In this document: positions 47,301 to 55,604 of the stretch, piece after piece | How the letters are laid out: each line of letters opens with the position of its first letter | How positions within the stretch are numbered: position 1 is the stretch's first letter | DNA from: an uncultured Bacteroidia bacterium | GTDB taxonomy: Bacteria; Bacteroidota; Bacteroidia; Bacteroidales; CAJPTX01 | Assembly (NCBI GenBank): GCA_963540065.1 | Contig: CAUTNK010000012.1 | Span: 15,660 to 79,659, forward strand | Direction of reading: 5' to 3' | DNA: 64,000 nt | The notes under the pieces: model-generated | What the model was told of the DNA's origin: nothing | Seen by the model: the letters and a program-made list of their open reading frames with translations, nothing else | Databases searched by the model: none | Program-made: the position numbers and the translations under genes

Positions 47301-50220
47301 CCAGTTTGATAAGACCAAGGATCCAAACAAGAACTTCGTCGTTACGAACTATAAAGACGTTACGATTACTTCGGTGAAGATGACAGATAGGAAACCATCC
47401 TCGCAATCGAGAGACTTATTAAACGGAGGTACGGAAAAATACGATCTCACATACGAAAATGGTGGTACTGTTCACGAGAACTATGTAACTCTTAAATCTA
47501 CCGAAAACGATTGCGAGTACCAATGGGGGATCGGTTACGGTTTGATAAAGTTGACCGATGCGGGAGTTACCCCTTCTGCAGGACAAGGTGATGACCTCCT
47601 AAAGCAACAAATGCTTTATTTGAAAGGTGCAGGTATCGTATCTCTTACTGTAGTTAGTAAAAAGGAAGGAAATTGTGCTGCTAACTTCTTGGCTACGATT
47701 GTAACTGAGGGCGGAGACCTATTTATTAGTGAATTGCTTAGTCCTGCAAGAGCTACTAGTGGTGATCACCTTTCCGCTTGTTTGGATGGTGCTAAAGGGA
47801 AGCCGATTACGTTTAAGTGGAAGTCGGCCCAGGATATAGATTTCCCAGCGGGAGCTCCAGAACAGAAGATTAAGTTTGTATATTCGTTGAAAAAAGAGAA
47901 TACTACAAACGATATACTGGGCTCACACGGAGAATATGAATTTACTCTGCCGAGATCGATAAAGGCCGATACCCCTCTCGAGGTTACGCTTAAGGATGAT
48001 AATGGTCAAAATGTTACTGTACCCGAAATTCCACAGCCAGGCGGGAAGTATATACTCTCCATTTCCTTCAATACTAATAATAACGTTGAGCTTAAGAAAT
48101 ACAATCAGGTGACGTATAACGATAAGATAGATTTCGAAATCGACTACCACGGTGCACCAACATTAGATCTTAAGCATATCGGCGGTGCTAGTCAGGATTT
48201 CTATACCGAACAAGCTACCATAGAATTGGATCCAATGGGCGACCCCAACGTGGCAGCCTATACTAACTTCCAGTGGACATTCCCTGATGGCACCCTATAT
48301 CCTTCGACAGGACCTGCGTCTAATCCATTGGTTACGGTTTCGAAACCAGGCACCTACAAACTTACCTTCGACGATAAGGATGGGTGTCATGGTGTTACCG
48401 AGAAAACGATTCATTTCCCAGGTTATCTGCAGTTTGCACCACAAGCTATTGTGAGCCCAATTGAAGGCTGTGAACTCCAGAAAACACAACCAACGGTAAC
48501 TTTCAAGGTAACTAATCACGGTAAAGAAGACTTTACTATAAAACCAGAAGGTATTCCGGTGGAAATAAAGATTTGGGATGCTACAGGTACAAAGCCCGCC
48601 ACCTATCAAGCAACTCTTTTGCACGGGAAAGCGGATCCTATGACAATTGCTCCCGGCGAAACCAAGGAAGTTACAACAACAGAGACTATACATTTCGACG
48701 ACGCGGTAGACAACCGTTGGAATATCGAGCTTAATCTGCATAGTACGACCGATGGTAGTCACACTGTTGCTGGTTTTGCTCACCCGACTGCAGAGGCTAC
48801 CGTTAGAGATAACCCGAAGCCTAAGAAACCGGATCTTGCAAAACAAGCGCGAGATTTCTTGGCTACAGTAATAGCGCCACCTATGCAAGTAAATCTGGAA
48901 GAAATCCCTAGAGGAACTACTTTTGATCTCTTAGCAGACGGTGCAACAGCAGGAGAATCCTATATCTGGAAGGTTCCTACCGGTTATGTAGGCGATACAG
49001 ATAAGAGTATGATCAAATTTAATCAGAGTGGCGACTACCAAGTTAAGATTACTTCTCTCAGAGGTTGTGTTACGGAATCTGATCCCGTACGACTTGTCTA
49101 TAAGGTTGAGTATGAGGTGATCCCAGAACTGCAAAGCGATGTGAATCTCTACTGTCTAAATACGGAAAATGTGCTCGACCACATTGTCAAAGTGAAAGTT
49201 ACAGTACAGAAAGCAGACGAAATCCTCCCAGCAGGTACCGATATTACTATGAAGTTCAAGGTTATTTCGCAGGATGGCGCTGTGGTTTCCAGTGCCGAAG
49301 AACACTATATCCTACAGAACAACCTAACTGTTGGCAATACCTTCGAGTATACCTTCGAAACAAAGGCTCGGATGCCAAAAGGCAGAAATAAGATACAGTT
49401 GAGTACTCATTTCGATTATCTTGGTAAGTCTATAGATGCAGAGGGCACCGATAAAGAACTACTCTACGTGTCTAGCCCAACTATTCAGTTAGATCCTTCC
49501 TACGAAGACAGCAAGCCTGTTACCCTTAACCCAATTGTAGAGGGTGGTACGCCGCCTTATACTTACACTTGGAATAACGTGAGCGGCAATAGTACCTACG
49601 AGGCTGAGGGTGGTATGGTAACCCTAACGGTATCGGATAAAAACGGCTGTTCTGCAACCGCTACTACCGATGTGCGTGTATACCATATTCTTACCATTAC
49701 TAAGAGTGGAGAAGGTTCGGTAAGTATCCAGCAGTTTAAGGAAGACGGTACCCAAGATCCGGCAGATTTACTCGAAAATAATGCACGCATCTATCACGGA
49801 CGGAAGCTCAAGATGAGCTTGTTGCCAGACGTTAGCAAGTCCTACGTATTAGACTACTTGTACATAAATAAGCAGAATATCCCTGTTGATAAAACCGGTA
49901 AGAACTACGAAATGGAGGTGACCGGAAATGTAGAAGTAGAAGTTAGCTTTAAGAAAGGCAACGATACCGAGGTACTCGACGCACAATTGGCAGAGGTTGT
50001 TGCAGTATCGCCTATCGGTTCTCAGTTAATCCTTTTACATACGACAGCACTGACAAGCTACGAGCTACTCAATGCCAACGGTGTACGGGTTGCTACTGGC
50101 AATAACCCCGAACAGTTAGATAAGCTGGTAATCGATGCTAGCAACTTCTCCGCCGGGGTATATATTTTGCGGATACATTCCGAAAAAGGTCAGCGTATCC
50201 TACGTCTTATTAAGGAATAG
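41398..50220 (+). CDS. Giant (2940 aa) modular secreted protein: T9SS cargo with alternating Ig-like (SprB-repeat-like) and CARDB-like modules; probable adhesin
   Basis: Signal peptide MVMIRQNYLKHFLLFLLLCWVSALAAQ. Repeated VKNxG modules (VKNFGSED, VKNNGPVD, VKNTGSKD, IKNLGNQ, VTNHGKED). GGTPPYTYTWNN...VSDKNGC repeat. C-terminal sorting-domain-like ...FSAGVYILRIHSEKGQRILRLIKE (about 49981-50217). Confidence 0.85.
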   Translation: MVMIRQNYLKHFLLFLLLCWVSALAAQNLRLVPEWKKGPYGTDEDGNKILYWQDFEEEKEPKPQNTQEYKNLWEKQDWITPIGWEFNWNSFKKSSNNVFIRWLIKAQGANQTPFQSHSPNLHLRYDAHDEQAFTGIYTPVMDLRKAKVESPTLKFWFAAPKRTATDALIVKFKTNKFGEHYVLETYNEAHEDFVLKTISLAEAFKKFSIQDKDRGTIQIMFEGHLHLGGGLNIDDVMIVEVAGNPSKLGRTGFVQLTNPVGTDTKLNEIARVFMEITSGAGYYKVSKMKFNYKGDNTTDVEKFYLYHTTTPYFSSQEENKLCDLTLSGTELQISNMPTDDKAKFRSGEHYFWVVADLKASAELKHKVTLQLPKDAVELQYYADNDSPLATEDRKFPDTEQYDQSRYCRVYKCLAKEDFENNNPSWTLTDYWKIGEPVHDAALTKFKTAPTKAFNGKNVLATAQLYDNSEHVTEKGHLDGQYTDGLRFENTRATYSLSAGINAEFYRDIRFKARYCLNSTPDDKFRLVIITDKDEAHGIPRDIETVVWDNTTRTTMIGWNTLDVDLSLAATRNKKFRFRFEMETKDDEETQSGLFIDDIQILGDYIKKDIGIVKVEPPQDFPMSNVSKVKITVKNFGSEDITGGYIVYLTLNGKKTIHEQSGTLAKGAEQTIEISGLELAPDPNKAAIANEKQLTVEVALSGDKEGATSGEKDDDKTNNVMSVRFYSFPVYEIEAHSATKKYPLNNRFDRLLHWFPEALTVQYTPSWVETFIDTHEKFKNNPLYANVPYSYRVWTTGLPYTSLNEKSTLTGPIFDLQGSDPKEFIVGFVYEKEQTQTNPSKFWFEYRTDTDKNWKTLTTPTTTEPKWSENWYTSTKQYWELNQDISGFKVAKVQLPLTTGKIQIRAHFEAGAEQTKGITISGFEVREIRPDLEIAGILPTPTCERIGAKKLQIQVKNNGPVDSKAFSCPATVRVYEYLKESAYTSNNVYDDDLFRLRGEHLVALNLTDLTKGAQQTFDTDIEFPWDVSDWGYKLVIELHPETTANKQEIDENALNNTYQGDIVSKFPYFPVIKNLLVQATGTNVYYVRDFPQIIQAKIDGIHNFQLASTSWTLTPGEAEEKGSGMVQVNKETTLTLKYALKYKYPKYAGQQCENLQLQFQVKKNTIDFKITKVEFLDQENPEKTQGCYKQNGEKVKVTVTTQVATKEPTLDLYINGAKATPNVTTEPAQQDKTYTLFINDAKFPKGYSQVEIVAVDKTDHEDGSVYVNNYHADSLFRADPQVPTVYWRNKEIQGSIQPVPKNAAGIGYVSNYVGRLELYVPPVSGATYQWYKGNPDATTFEELMKMEGQTINYLNLSEESATYGVKVKYGTCGEQQSMVVVVRTDDLELVAFTGIAATGICESQGQLPLEVDIRNNSRTEYKPGTKLRFKLKITNGHPSEKTYDVELQTSMTPQAVNTILIANLSASEYEKGDNTFELEFLGILSNGSVVPDGNKENNKLIRKVSVLPSPTVSIMPATQNKIFTSLESYTITPTYGGDPAVKYVWSSKNSGDMNFTDETAATPNFTVTGAPKDQYRITAHGAAGCTAEATVTFIQTDLEIANIISPASACDLSKSSFDYVEFLVKNTGSKDIEDATDPKIKVKITLDNNVLKEVSESILTDIRKVGNSQNYRISVEGLKEKLKTGDTHTLKVEIDLEGATDVNKANNTYTTTLRSYGDPVFDMKYNLAGVTTPITPGQKIEYYSSSATKFSIEVTPDHNEDVFAWQFGPDNTISSIVDILKGTDEEILGGTGTEVKEKELDLPNAFTKMKSLDRLGSGFYYLTVRTPAGCSVTKHFELQVIRKDIAVSNIEPPKSACSYSQTPKVGMKIKNLGNQIITRGTKFKLTVTAYKDEECTQVAATYKEENFELEQDLLVNNEVSKYFDCDVIARKASGDVEEFDGKSIYFAAEVEFVEALDKDRDFDKTNNKIQFDKTKDPNKNFVVTNYKDVTITSVKMTDRKPSSQSRDLLNGGTEKYDLTYENGGTVHENYVTLKSTENDCEYQWGIGYGLIKLTDAGVTPSAGQGDDLLKQQMLYLKGAGIVSLTVVSKKEGNCAANFLATIVTEGGDLFISELLSPARATSGDHLSACLDGAKGKPITFKWKSAQDIDFPAGAPEQKIKFVYSLKKENTTNDILGSHGEYEFTLPRSIKADTPLEVTLKDDNGQNVTVPEIPQPGGKYILSISFNTNNNVELKKYNQVTYNDKIDFEIDYHGAPTLDLKHIGGASQDFYTEQATIELDPMGDPNVAAYTNFQWTFPDGTLYPSTGPASNPLVTVSKPGTYKLTFDDKDGCHGVTEKTIHFPGYLQFAPQAIVSPIEGCELQKTQPTVTFKVTNHGKEDFTIKPEGIPVEIKIWDATGTKPATYQATLLHGKADPMTIAPGETKEVTTTETIHFDDAVDNRWNIELNLHSTTDGSHTVAGFAHPTAEATVRDNPKPKKPDLAKQARDFLATVIAPPMQVNLEEIPRGTTFDLLADGATAGESYIWKVPTGYVGDTDKSMIKFNQSGDYQVKITSLRGCVTESDPVRLVYKVEYEVIPELQSDVNLYCLNTENVLDHIVKVKVTVQKADEILPAGTDITMKFKVISQDGAVVSSAEEHYILQNNLTVGNTFEYTFETKARMPKGRNKIQLSTHFDYLGKSIDAEGTDKELLYVSSPTIQLDPSYEDSKPVTLNPIVEGGTPPYTYTWNNVSGNSTYEAEGGMVTLTVSDKNGCSATATTDVRVYHILTITKSGEGSVSIQQFKEDGTQDPADLLENNARIYHGRKLKMSLLPDVSKSYVLDYLYINKQNIPVDKTGKNYEMEVTGNVEVEVSFKKGNDTEVLDAQLAEVVAVSPIGSQLILLHTTALTSYELLNANGVRVATGNNPEQLDKLVIDASNFSAGVYILRIHSEKGQRILRLIKE

Positions 50221-50241
50221 CATTGTATCCTTACGAATTGC

Positions 50242-50281
50242 AGAGGGCGATCTCCGAAGAGGGAGGTCGCCCTCTTTTTTA
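50242..50281 (+). terminator. Rho-independent terminator after the giant gene
   Basis: Stem agagggcga (50242-50250) / tcgccctct (50267-50275), followed by a T6 run. Confidence 0.75.
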
Positions 50282-50337
50282 TTGCCGTCGTCCTGTTAGC
50301 CAATAAAATTGTAATATTGCAACCAAATCTGAAAGAG

Positions 50338-51615
50338 ATGATTACCCTAAAACGCTTGCGCGAGAATACCCAACAAATAGTAGACGGCTTGGAACGTCGC
50401 GGACTCACCGTAAAAGAAACTATTAACGATTTGTTGCATTTGGATACCCTACGGCGGGAGCTGCAAACTAGATTGGAAGAAATCCTCCGCGAAATCAATA
50501 CTACCTCAAAGCAAGTCGGAGCACTGATGGCAGAAGGTAGCAAGGAAAAAGCTCAGGAATTGCGACAAACCGTACAAGATTTGAAGGAAAAGGCTAAGCA
50601 GATTGAAACAGATTTAGACCGACGTGCTAAGGAACTCGAACAACAACTACTCCTCCTCCCCAATATTCCACACGTATCTGTTCCTACAGGCAAAAATGCA
50701 GAGGACAACTTAGTGGTGCGAACCGAAGGCGGTAAACCGAAAGTTCTCGGTAAGGGCTTACCCCATTGGGAAATTGCGGCTAAAATAGGGCTAATAGACT
50801 TCGAGTCGGGGGTTAAGCTTACAGGTGCTGGTTTCCCGGTTTATAAGGGATATGGCGCTAAATTGCAGAGAGCTCTTATCAATTTCTTTTTGGATGAGAA
50901 TACAAAAGCTGGGTACCTGGAAGTAGAGCCGCCGATTCTAGTAAATTCCGCGAGTGCCTATGCTACGGGGCAGCTCCCAGACAAGGACGGACAGATGTAT
51001 TATGCTCCCCTCGACGACTACTATTTAGTGCCCACTGCCGAGGTGCCGCTTACTAATCTCTATCGTGACGTCTTGTTAGAAGAGCGCGAGCTCCCAGTAC
51101 GTCTCACTGCTTATACGCCGTGCTTTCGTCGCGAAGCGGGTTCCTACGGAAAGGATGTAAGAGGCTTGAACCGATTACATCAGTTCGATAAAGTGGAAAT
51201 TGTTTGTCTCGAACGCCCTGCATTATCCTACGACCGTTTAGAAGAGATGGTGCAGCACGTCGAGTCTATATTGCAAAAGCTAGAATTGCCGTATCGTGTC
51301 CTAAAGCTCTGTACAGGCGATATGAGCTTTACATCAGCTCTTACATACGACCTAGAAGTCTATTCCATCGGGCAGGATAAATGGCTGGAAGTAAGCTCTG
51401 TAAGTAATTTCGAAGATTTTCAGGCGAACCGTCTTTCACTACGCTATAAACGTGCTGAGGAAAAGAAAAATGAGCTACTGCATACCCTCAACGGGAGTTC
51501 GTTAGCCTTACCGCGTATCGTAGCTGCACTCTTAGAAGACCATCAGACTCCGGAAGGGATTCTGATTCCTAAAGCCCTTCAACCGTATATGGGTTGCGAA
51601 ATCATTCCGTTCTAA
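50338..51615 (+). CDS. serS: Serine--tRNA ligase
   Basis: N-terminal coiled-coil arm, then class II motifs (FRREAGSYGKDVRGLNRLHQFDKVE, NGSSLALPRIVAALLE). The start is taken at MITLKRLREN; the track ORF begins 21 nt upstream. Confidence 0.95.
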   Translation: MITLKRLRENTQQIVDGLERRGLTVKETINDLLHLDTLRRELQTRLEEILREINTTSKQVGALMAEGSKEKAQELRQTVQDLKEKAKQIETDLDRRAKELEQQLLLLPNIPHVSVPTGKNAEDNLVVRTEGGKPKVLGKGLPHWEIAAKIGLIDFESGVKLTGAGFPVYKGYGAKLQRALINFFLDENTKAGYLEVEPPILVNSASAYATGQLPDKDGQMYYAPLDDYYLVPTAEVPLTNLYRDVLLEERELPVRLTAYTPCFRREAGSYGKDVRGLNRLHQFDKVEIVCLERPALSYDRLEEMVQHVESILQKLELPYRVLKLCTGDMSFTSALTYDLEVYSIGQDKWLEVSSVSNFEDFQANRLSLRYKRAEEKKNELLHTLNGSSLALPRIVAALLEDHQTPEGILIPKALQPYMGCEIIPF

Positions 51616-51638
51616 CGAGCTTGGGTTCTATTGGCAAT

Positions 51639-52262
51639 ATGTCGCGCACTATTTTAGGCATTGATCCGGGTACGCGTTACATGGGTTACGCTATTTTGCG
51701 TGGCGATGATTCGGCGACACCCCACTTTGAAGCAGCTGCCGTAGAAAGCCTTATTAAAATTAAAGACCCATACTTACGTTTGGCTCGGATTCACGAGCTT
51801 GTCCTAGAGCTTATTGCGCGCTATAGCGTTACGGAGCTTGCAATAGAGGCGCCGTTTTATGGCAAAAATGCCCAAAGTATGCTTAAGCTTGGGCGGGCGC
51901 AAGGAGTTGCTATCGCTGCGAGTTTGAGTAAAGGAATTGCTGCAGTGGAATATTCGCCACGGAGGGTAAAAGAGGTAGTTACCTCGCGAGGGGATGCTAC
52001 GAAAGCGAGAGTTGCGCAGATCCTGAATCTCCAATTCCCAACGGTCGATATCGCGAAGTTCGAAAGTTATGATGTGACTGATGCCTTAGCTATTGCCCTG
52101 TGTCATTTTTACGTCGGCGAGATCTCTAACGAAAAGAAGTCAACACAGAAGAAAAAAACTAAAAGTGCTACTTCTTGGCTCGCCTTTGTTACTAACAATC
52201 CCTCACGCGTTCGAATAGGCAATCCCACCCCAAGCATACTAAAGAACAGGGAACAAGACTAA
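51639..52262 (+). CDS. ruvC: Crossover junction endodeoxyribonuclease RuvC (with K-rich C-terminal extension)
   Basis: ILGIDPGTRYMGYAIL, LAIEAPFYGKNAQSMLKLGRAQG and DVTDALAIALCH. The start is taken at the internal ATG at 51639. Confidence 0.9.
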   Translation: MSRTILGIDPGTRYMGYAILRGDDSATPHFEAAAVESLIKIKDPYLRLARIHELVLELIARYSVTELAIEAPFYGKNAQSMLKLGRAQGVAIAASLSKGIAAVEYSPRRVKEVVTSRGDATKARVAQILNLQFPTVDIAKFESYDVTDALAIALCHFYVGEISNEKKSTQKKKTKSATSWLAFVTNNPSRVRIGNPTPSILKNREQD

Positions 52263-52264
52263 CT

Positions 52265-52708
52265 ATGCCGCGCCTTCGTATTACCAAGGAGTTCCATTTT
52301 GAGGCTGCGCACTTTTTGCCAGGATACGATGGTTTATGTGCCAATTTGCACGGTCATTCCTATAGGCTATATATAACGCTCCGGGGCGCGATTCTGAACG
52401 CCCCGAAAAGTCCTAAAGATGGGATGGTTCTGGATTTCTCTGTATTGAAATCGATAGTGGAGCACTCCGTTGTTAATGTCTTGGATCATGCTCTTATTGC
52501 CCGACGTGGCACGGATATTCTAACTTCGGACGCTAGCACTAATTTCCGTATTCTTTACTTGGAACAACAGCCCACGAGCGAAAATTTGTTGCTCTGGATT
52601 GTGAACAGATTGCACGAAAATCTCCCCACGGGTTTGGAATTGTATGCTGTTAAACTTTGCGAGACGGCTACAAGTTCGGTGGAGTGGTCGCTAGCGGATA
52701 CCGATTAG
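52265..52708 (+). CDS. queD: 6-carboxy-5,6,7,8-tetrahydropterin synthase
   Basis: ITKEFHFEAAHFLPGYDGLCANLHGHSYRLYITL (PTPS-family Cys/His motifs). Confidence 0.9.
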   Translation: MPRLRITKEFHFEAAHFLPGYDGLCANLHGHSYRLYITLRGAILNAPKSPKDGMVLDFSVLKSIVEHSVVNVLDHALIARRGTDILTSDASTNFRILYLEQQPTSENLLLWIVNRLHENLPTGLELYAVKLCETATSSVEWSLADTD

Positions 52709-52787
52709 CTTGTCGTGAAATCCAATTAATTGTTCGGATTGTAGGAGGCGTTTCCAGCAAGCGTACTACATCCTCGTTGTGTGTACA

Positions 52788-52815
52788 CAAAAAAAACGTA
52801 CCGAGCCCCTTTCGG
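52788..52815 (-). terminator. Weak terminator-like hairpin + T-run downstream of the tRNA-Leu pair
   Basis: The minus strand reads ccgaaaggggctcgg followed by tacgtttttttt. The stem is only 4-5 bp. Confidence 0.3.
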
Positions 52816-52849
52816 AACCCGATACGCCACACACTTACATGACTCACAG

Positions 52850-52935
52850 TGCCCAGAACAAGACTCGAACTTGCACGTCCTTTAACAGACACCAGCCCCT
52901 CAAGCTGGCGTGTCTACCAATTCCACCATCTGGGC
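52850..52935 (-). tRNA. tRNA-Leu (anticodon GAG)
   Basis: The minus strand folds by hand as GCCCAGA TG GTGG AATTGGTAGA CACG CCAGC TTGAGGG GCTGG TGTCTGTTAAAGGACGT GCAAG TTCGAGT CTTGT TCTGGGC A. Long variable arm; CCA is not encoded. Confidence 0.9.
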
Positions 52936-52977
52936 TTCATAAACGTCCAAACAACGAACAAGGCTTTCAAACCTTAG

Positions 52978-53061
52978 TGCCCAGGACAAGAATCGAACTT
53001 GCACAACATTGCTGTTACTAGTCCCTGAAACTAGCGCGTCTACCAGTTCCGCCACCTGGGC
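52978..53061 (-). tRNA. tRNA-Leu (anticodon CAG)
   Basis: The minus strand folds as GCCCAGG TG GCGG AACTGGTAGA CGCG CTAGT TTCAGGG ACTAG TAACAGCAATGTTGT GCAAG TTCGATT CTTGT CCTGGGC A. Long variable arm; CCA is not encoded. Confidence 0.9.
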
Positions 53062-53135
53062 TATGACTCTCGCCCTCAACTACGACGCAAAAGTAGAGAC
53101 TTTTTATGAATCTGCAAAACAGAGGTGGCGATATG

Positions 53136-55604
53136 CTATTCCATCAAAAAACCATACTTGTACACTTTTGTCACGCTTTGCAAGCGTAACTGCTCCATAG
53201 CTTCTTTTAGTTGGGCGAGCAAGCGGTTGTAGGTTTCGTCGGCGCTTTTAGGGTTCATTTTTCCCTTGTCATTGCGCCCTTGGAAATGCTCACGAATGTC
53301 GTAGTACGAGGCGTTGGGGTTGGCACCGGGCTGCGTATGATAGTAGCGCCAGAGTTCGCGTCCAGCGTCGAAAACAGCGGTAGCTTCTGCAGAAAATACT
53401 AGTGGTTCGGAGGGGATAAAAGATTTTTCCTCAGCTAAAGCCTGAAGTGTTGTTTTACTTTGATGGGTTAATGGGTGAAAAAGTTTACCAGCTATAAAGT
53501 CTGTTATGAAGTGGCTTTCGAAGCGCTCTTTAGCGTCGACCTCGGTCTCGGTAAAGGGTATCCAATGGTTGATGCCTTCTGTAGAAGAAATGCGATTTTG
53601 CGTATGAAAGAGCGTAAATGCTAGGCAGTTGGTCTGGAACTCGAGGTCTGTTTGCCAGCCGTTGTTGGGGTAGAGGAATTGGTCGCGATCGTTGAGCCAA
53701 GTGCTTTTTATGCAATGGCGTGCTGCAAAGAGGATAGTACTGGGCAGTAAATGCGCAGCAGTGAGCTTAAGATGCAGCCCCCCAAACGATTTGTTCGCCT
53801 CCTGATCAATAAATACTCCACTTTGGTGCTGAAAGTCGTTGCCGTTGGAGTGTAAGATTCCGATAGGGTTTGTGGTAGGTGTATGCGATACAAGAGCACG
53901 AAGCCATTCGTTGGTGCTGCCGAGTGTGTAATCGGGCGATTGGATGGTTTTGTTAGTGAGATATTCCCCTCTAGTGTCGTAAATGTCGGCTTTAGTCTGT
54001 TGGAAGATTACCTTTTTCTGCAAATTCCAAATTTTGAAACCGATGGGGAAATTGCCCTGTACGTTGTCGAAAGTGTCGGCGGGGACGAGGAACATTTTTT
54101 CGAGGGATGCACGAAAAAACGCACGAAAATGCAAAAAATTCGCCGATTGCAGAATTTTCAACTTTGAAAATTCTGCAATCGTACAGGAAGGCATTTCAGC
54201 GTAGATCCGTGTTAGAAACAGGGCATAGAGTTCGCCGGCGGCTTTTTTTAGTTGGCTTTTGTAACGGAGGTATACGTTATTTTTCTTTGCCACTCCGCTT
54301 TTGTTGTGCCCCGTACTGGTGGGAGTTCGCGCATTCCCTGCCTCGGCATAGGGTGGATTGATATAGATTACTAGCTTTTTGCGTTTCTCGGGGTCGTTGA
54401 TGATATCTTGTAGTGGTTGGGGGAGTTTGGTAAACTCATCGTTCAAGAAGTCAAATTGGAAAACGTGCGACTCGAGTAGGTTAGCGCCGTTTCGGATACG
54501 GTCTTTCATTACGTCGACGTCCTGCTGATCGAGGGTAGATGCCCAGATGTTGTACTTGTTGGTGAGTCCGTTCAACAGGTTTCCCGTGCCGGCAGCGCAA
54601 TCCCAAACGTAGTATTCGTCTTGCCAGTTTTCTCCAAGGACGTCGGCTAAGTACTTTTGCGAGAGGTCTACCCAGATCTTTGGCGTGAAAAAGGAGCCCT
54701 TGCGTTCGCGTACATCTTGTGGTACAAGCAAGTCTCGACGCTTAATAATGTAATCCCAGTATTCTTCGCGGGGTGGGCGCTGGTACAAGCTCCAAAACTG
54801 CGAGTGAGCTTTTTGTCCGTCCTTAAAAAAGACATAGCTTTCGCTGAATAAACCGTTAGCATCAATCTTTCTATCAACGATATAGCGGTTATCATTGAGA
54901 AGTACGAAAAGCGCCTCTTTAAGCGATTGGTTATTTTCGGAGAGGAGATCTGCTAGGAAGAAATCGCCGTCGATGATATTACGCTTCTTGAGTCCCTCCC
55001 AATTCACGTCAATGCTAGGTTGCACAAGGGTTAGCCATCGTTGGTAGATGCTCACGAAGTTGTTTTTGTTGATCTGAATCAGAGAGGAGCTCTCACTCAG
55101 GTGCTGTTTTATGAATGCTCGCAGCTCTTTTTCGTGCGCATCGTAGCGAAAGACATACGCCGATCGATCCAAAACATCGCGTACAGCGGCGTATAACAGC
55201 CCAAATTCGCGCGAAGAATCATCAGACGGGGTAACATTCCAGTTGAAGTCGTTGAGCGCCAGAAAGGGCAATATTTCGCGATACGGAAGGAAGGCTATCT
55301 TCTCGACATCGAATGCAGCGAGAAATGGTGGCGGCAGATAGGTATCGAAAGTCCGAGCTTTTCCGATGGTAAGGATTAGCTGTACGAGAGGTTTGTAAAT
55401 ATCTGTTACTACGCCGCGCTTGGCTTCTGCCCAAAGGAGAGAAACAATGGGCGCAGTTTCTGTTTTAGTTGCATTGCGCCGTGTAAAAGATTGGCTAACG
55501 CAAAAATCTATTTTCCCGATGCGCGGTTTGCAGTCGTATGCGGCAAAGAATTGCTCGGCTATGACAAGCTTTAGCTCTTCCTCTTGTAAATTCTCAAATC
55601 TCAT
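53136..55604 (-). CDS. Single-chain Type IIG/MmeI-like enzyme: PD-(D/E)XK-like N-terminus + N6-adenine DNA methyltransferase + putative target-recognition region
   Basis: GKIDF...LLWAEAKRG near the N-terminus, motif I-like VWDCAAGTGNLLNGL and motif IV VIYINPPYAEAG, then about 400 aa C-terminal. The ATG at 55604 aligns with the paralogue's start; the track start at 55628 is TTG. Confidence 0.75.
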   Translation of the reverse strand: MRFENLQEEELKLVIAEQFFAAYDCKPRIGKIDFCVSQSFTRRNATKTETAPIVSLLWAEAKRGVVTDIYKPLVQLILTIGKARTFDTYLPPPFLAAFDVEKIAFLPYREILPFLALNDFNWNVTPSDDSSREFGLLYAAVRDVLDRSAYVFRYDAHEKELRAFIKQHLSESSSLIQINKNNFVSIYQRWLTLVQPSIDVNWEGLKKRNIIDGDFFLADLLSENNQSLKEALFVLLNDNRYIVDRKIDANGLFSESYVFFKDGQKAHSQFWSLYQRPPREEYWDYIIKRRDLLVPQDVRERKGSFFTPKIWVDLSQKYLADVLGENWQDEYYVWDCAAGTGNLLNGLTNKYNIWASTLDQQDVDVMKDRIRNGANLLESHVFQFDFLNDEFTKLPQPLQDIINDPEKRKKLVIYINPPYAEAGNARTPTSTGHNKSGVAKKNNVYLRYKSQLKKAAGELYALFLTRIYAEMPSCTIAEFSKLKILQSANFLHFRAFFRASLEKMFLVPADTFDNVQGNFPIGFKIWNLQKKVIFQQTKADIYDTRGEYLTNKTIQSPDYTLGSTNEWLRALVSHTPTTNPIGILHSNGNDFQHQSGVFIDQEANKSFGGLHLKLTAAHLLPSTILFAARHCIKSTWLNDRDQFLYPNNGWQTDLEFQTNCLAFTLFHTQNRISSTEGINHWIPFTETEVDAKERFESHFITDFIAGKLFHPLTHQSKTTLQALAEEKSFIPSEPLVFSAEATAVFDAGRELWRYYHTQPGANPNASYYDIREHFQGRNDKGKMNPKSADETYNRLLAQLKEAMEQLRLQSVTKVYKYGFLME

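Noticed and set aside
52709-53135. Integrase, att site or genomic-island junction at the tRNA-Leu pair
   Set aside because: There is no integrase ORF, and I found no duplicated tRNA 3' segment by eye. It is retained only as a low-interest boundary observation.
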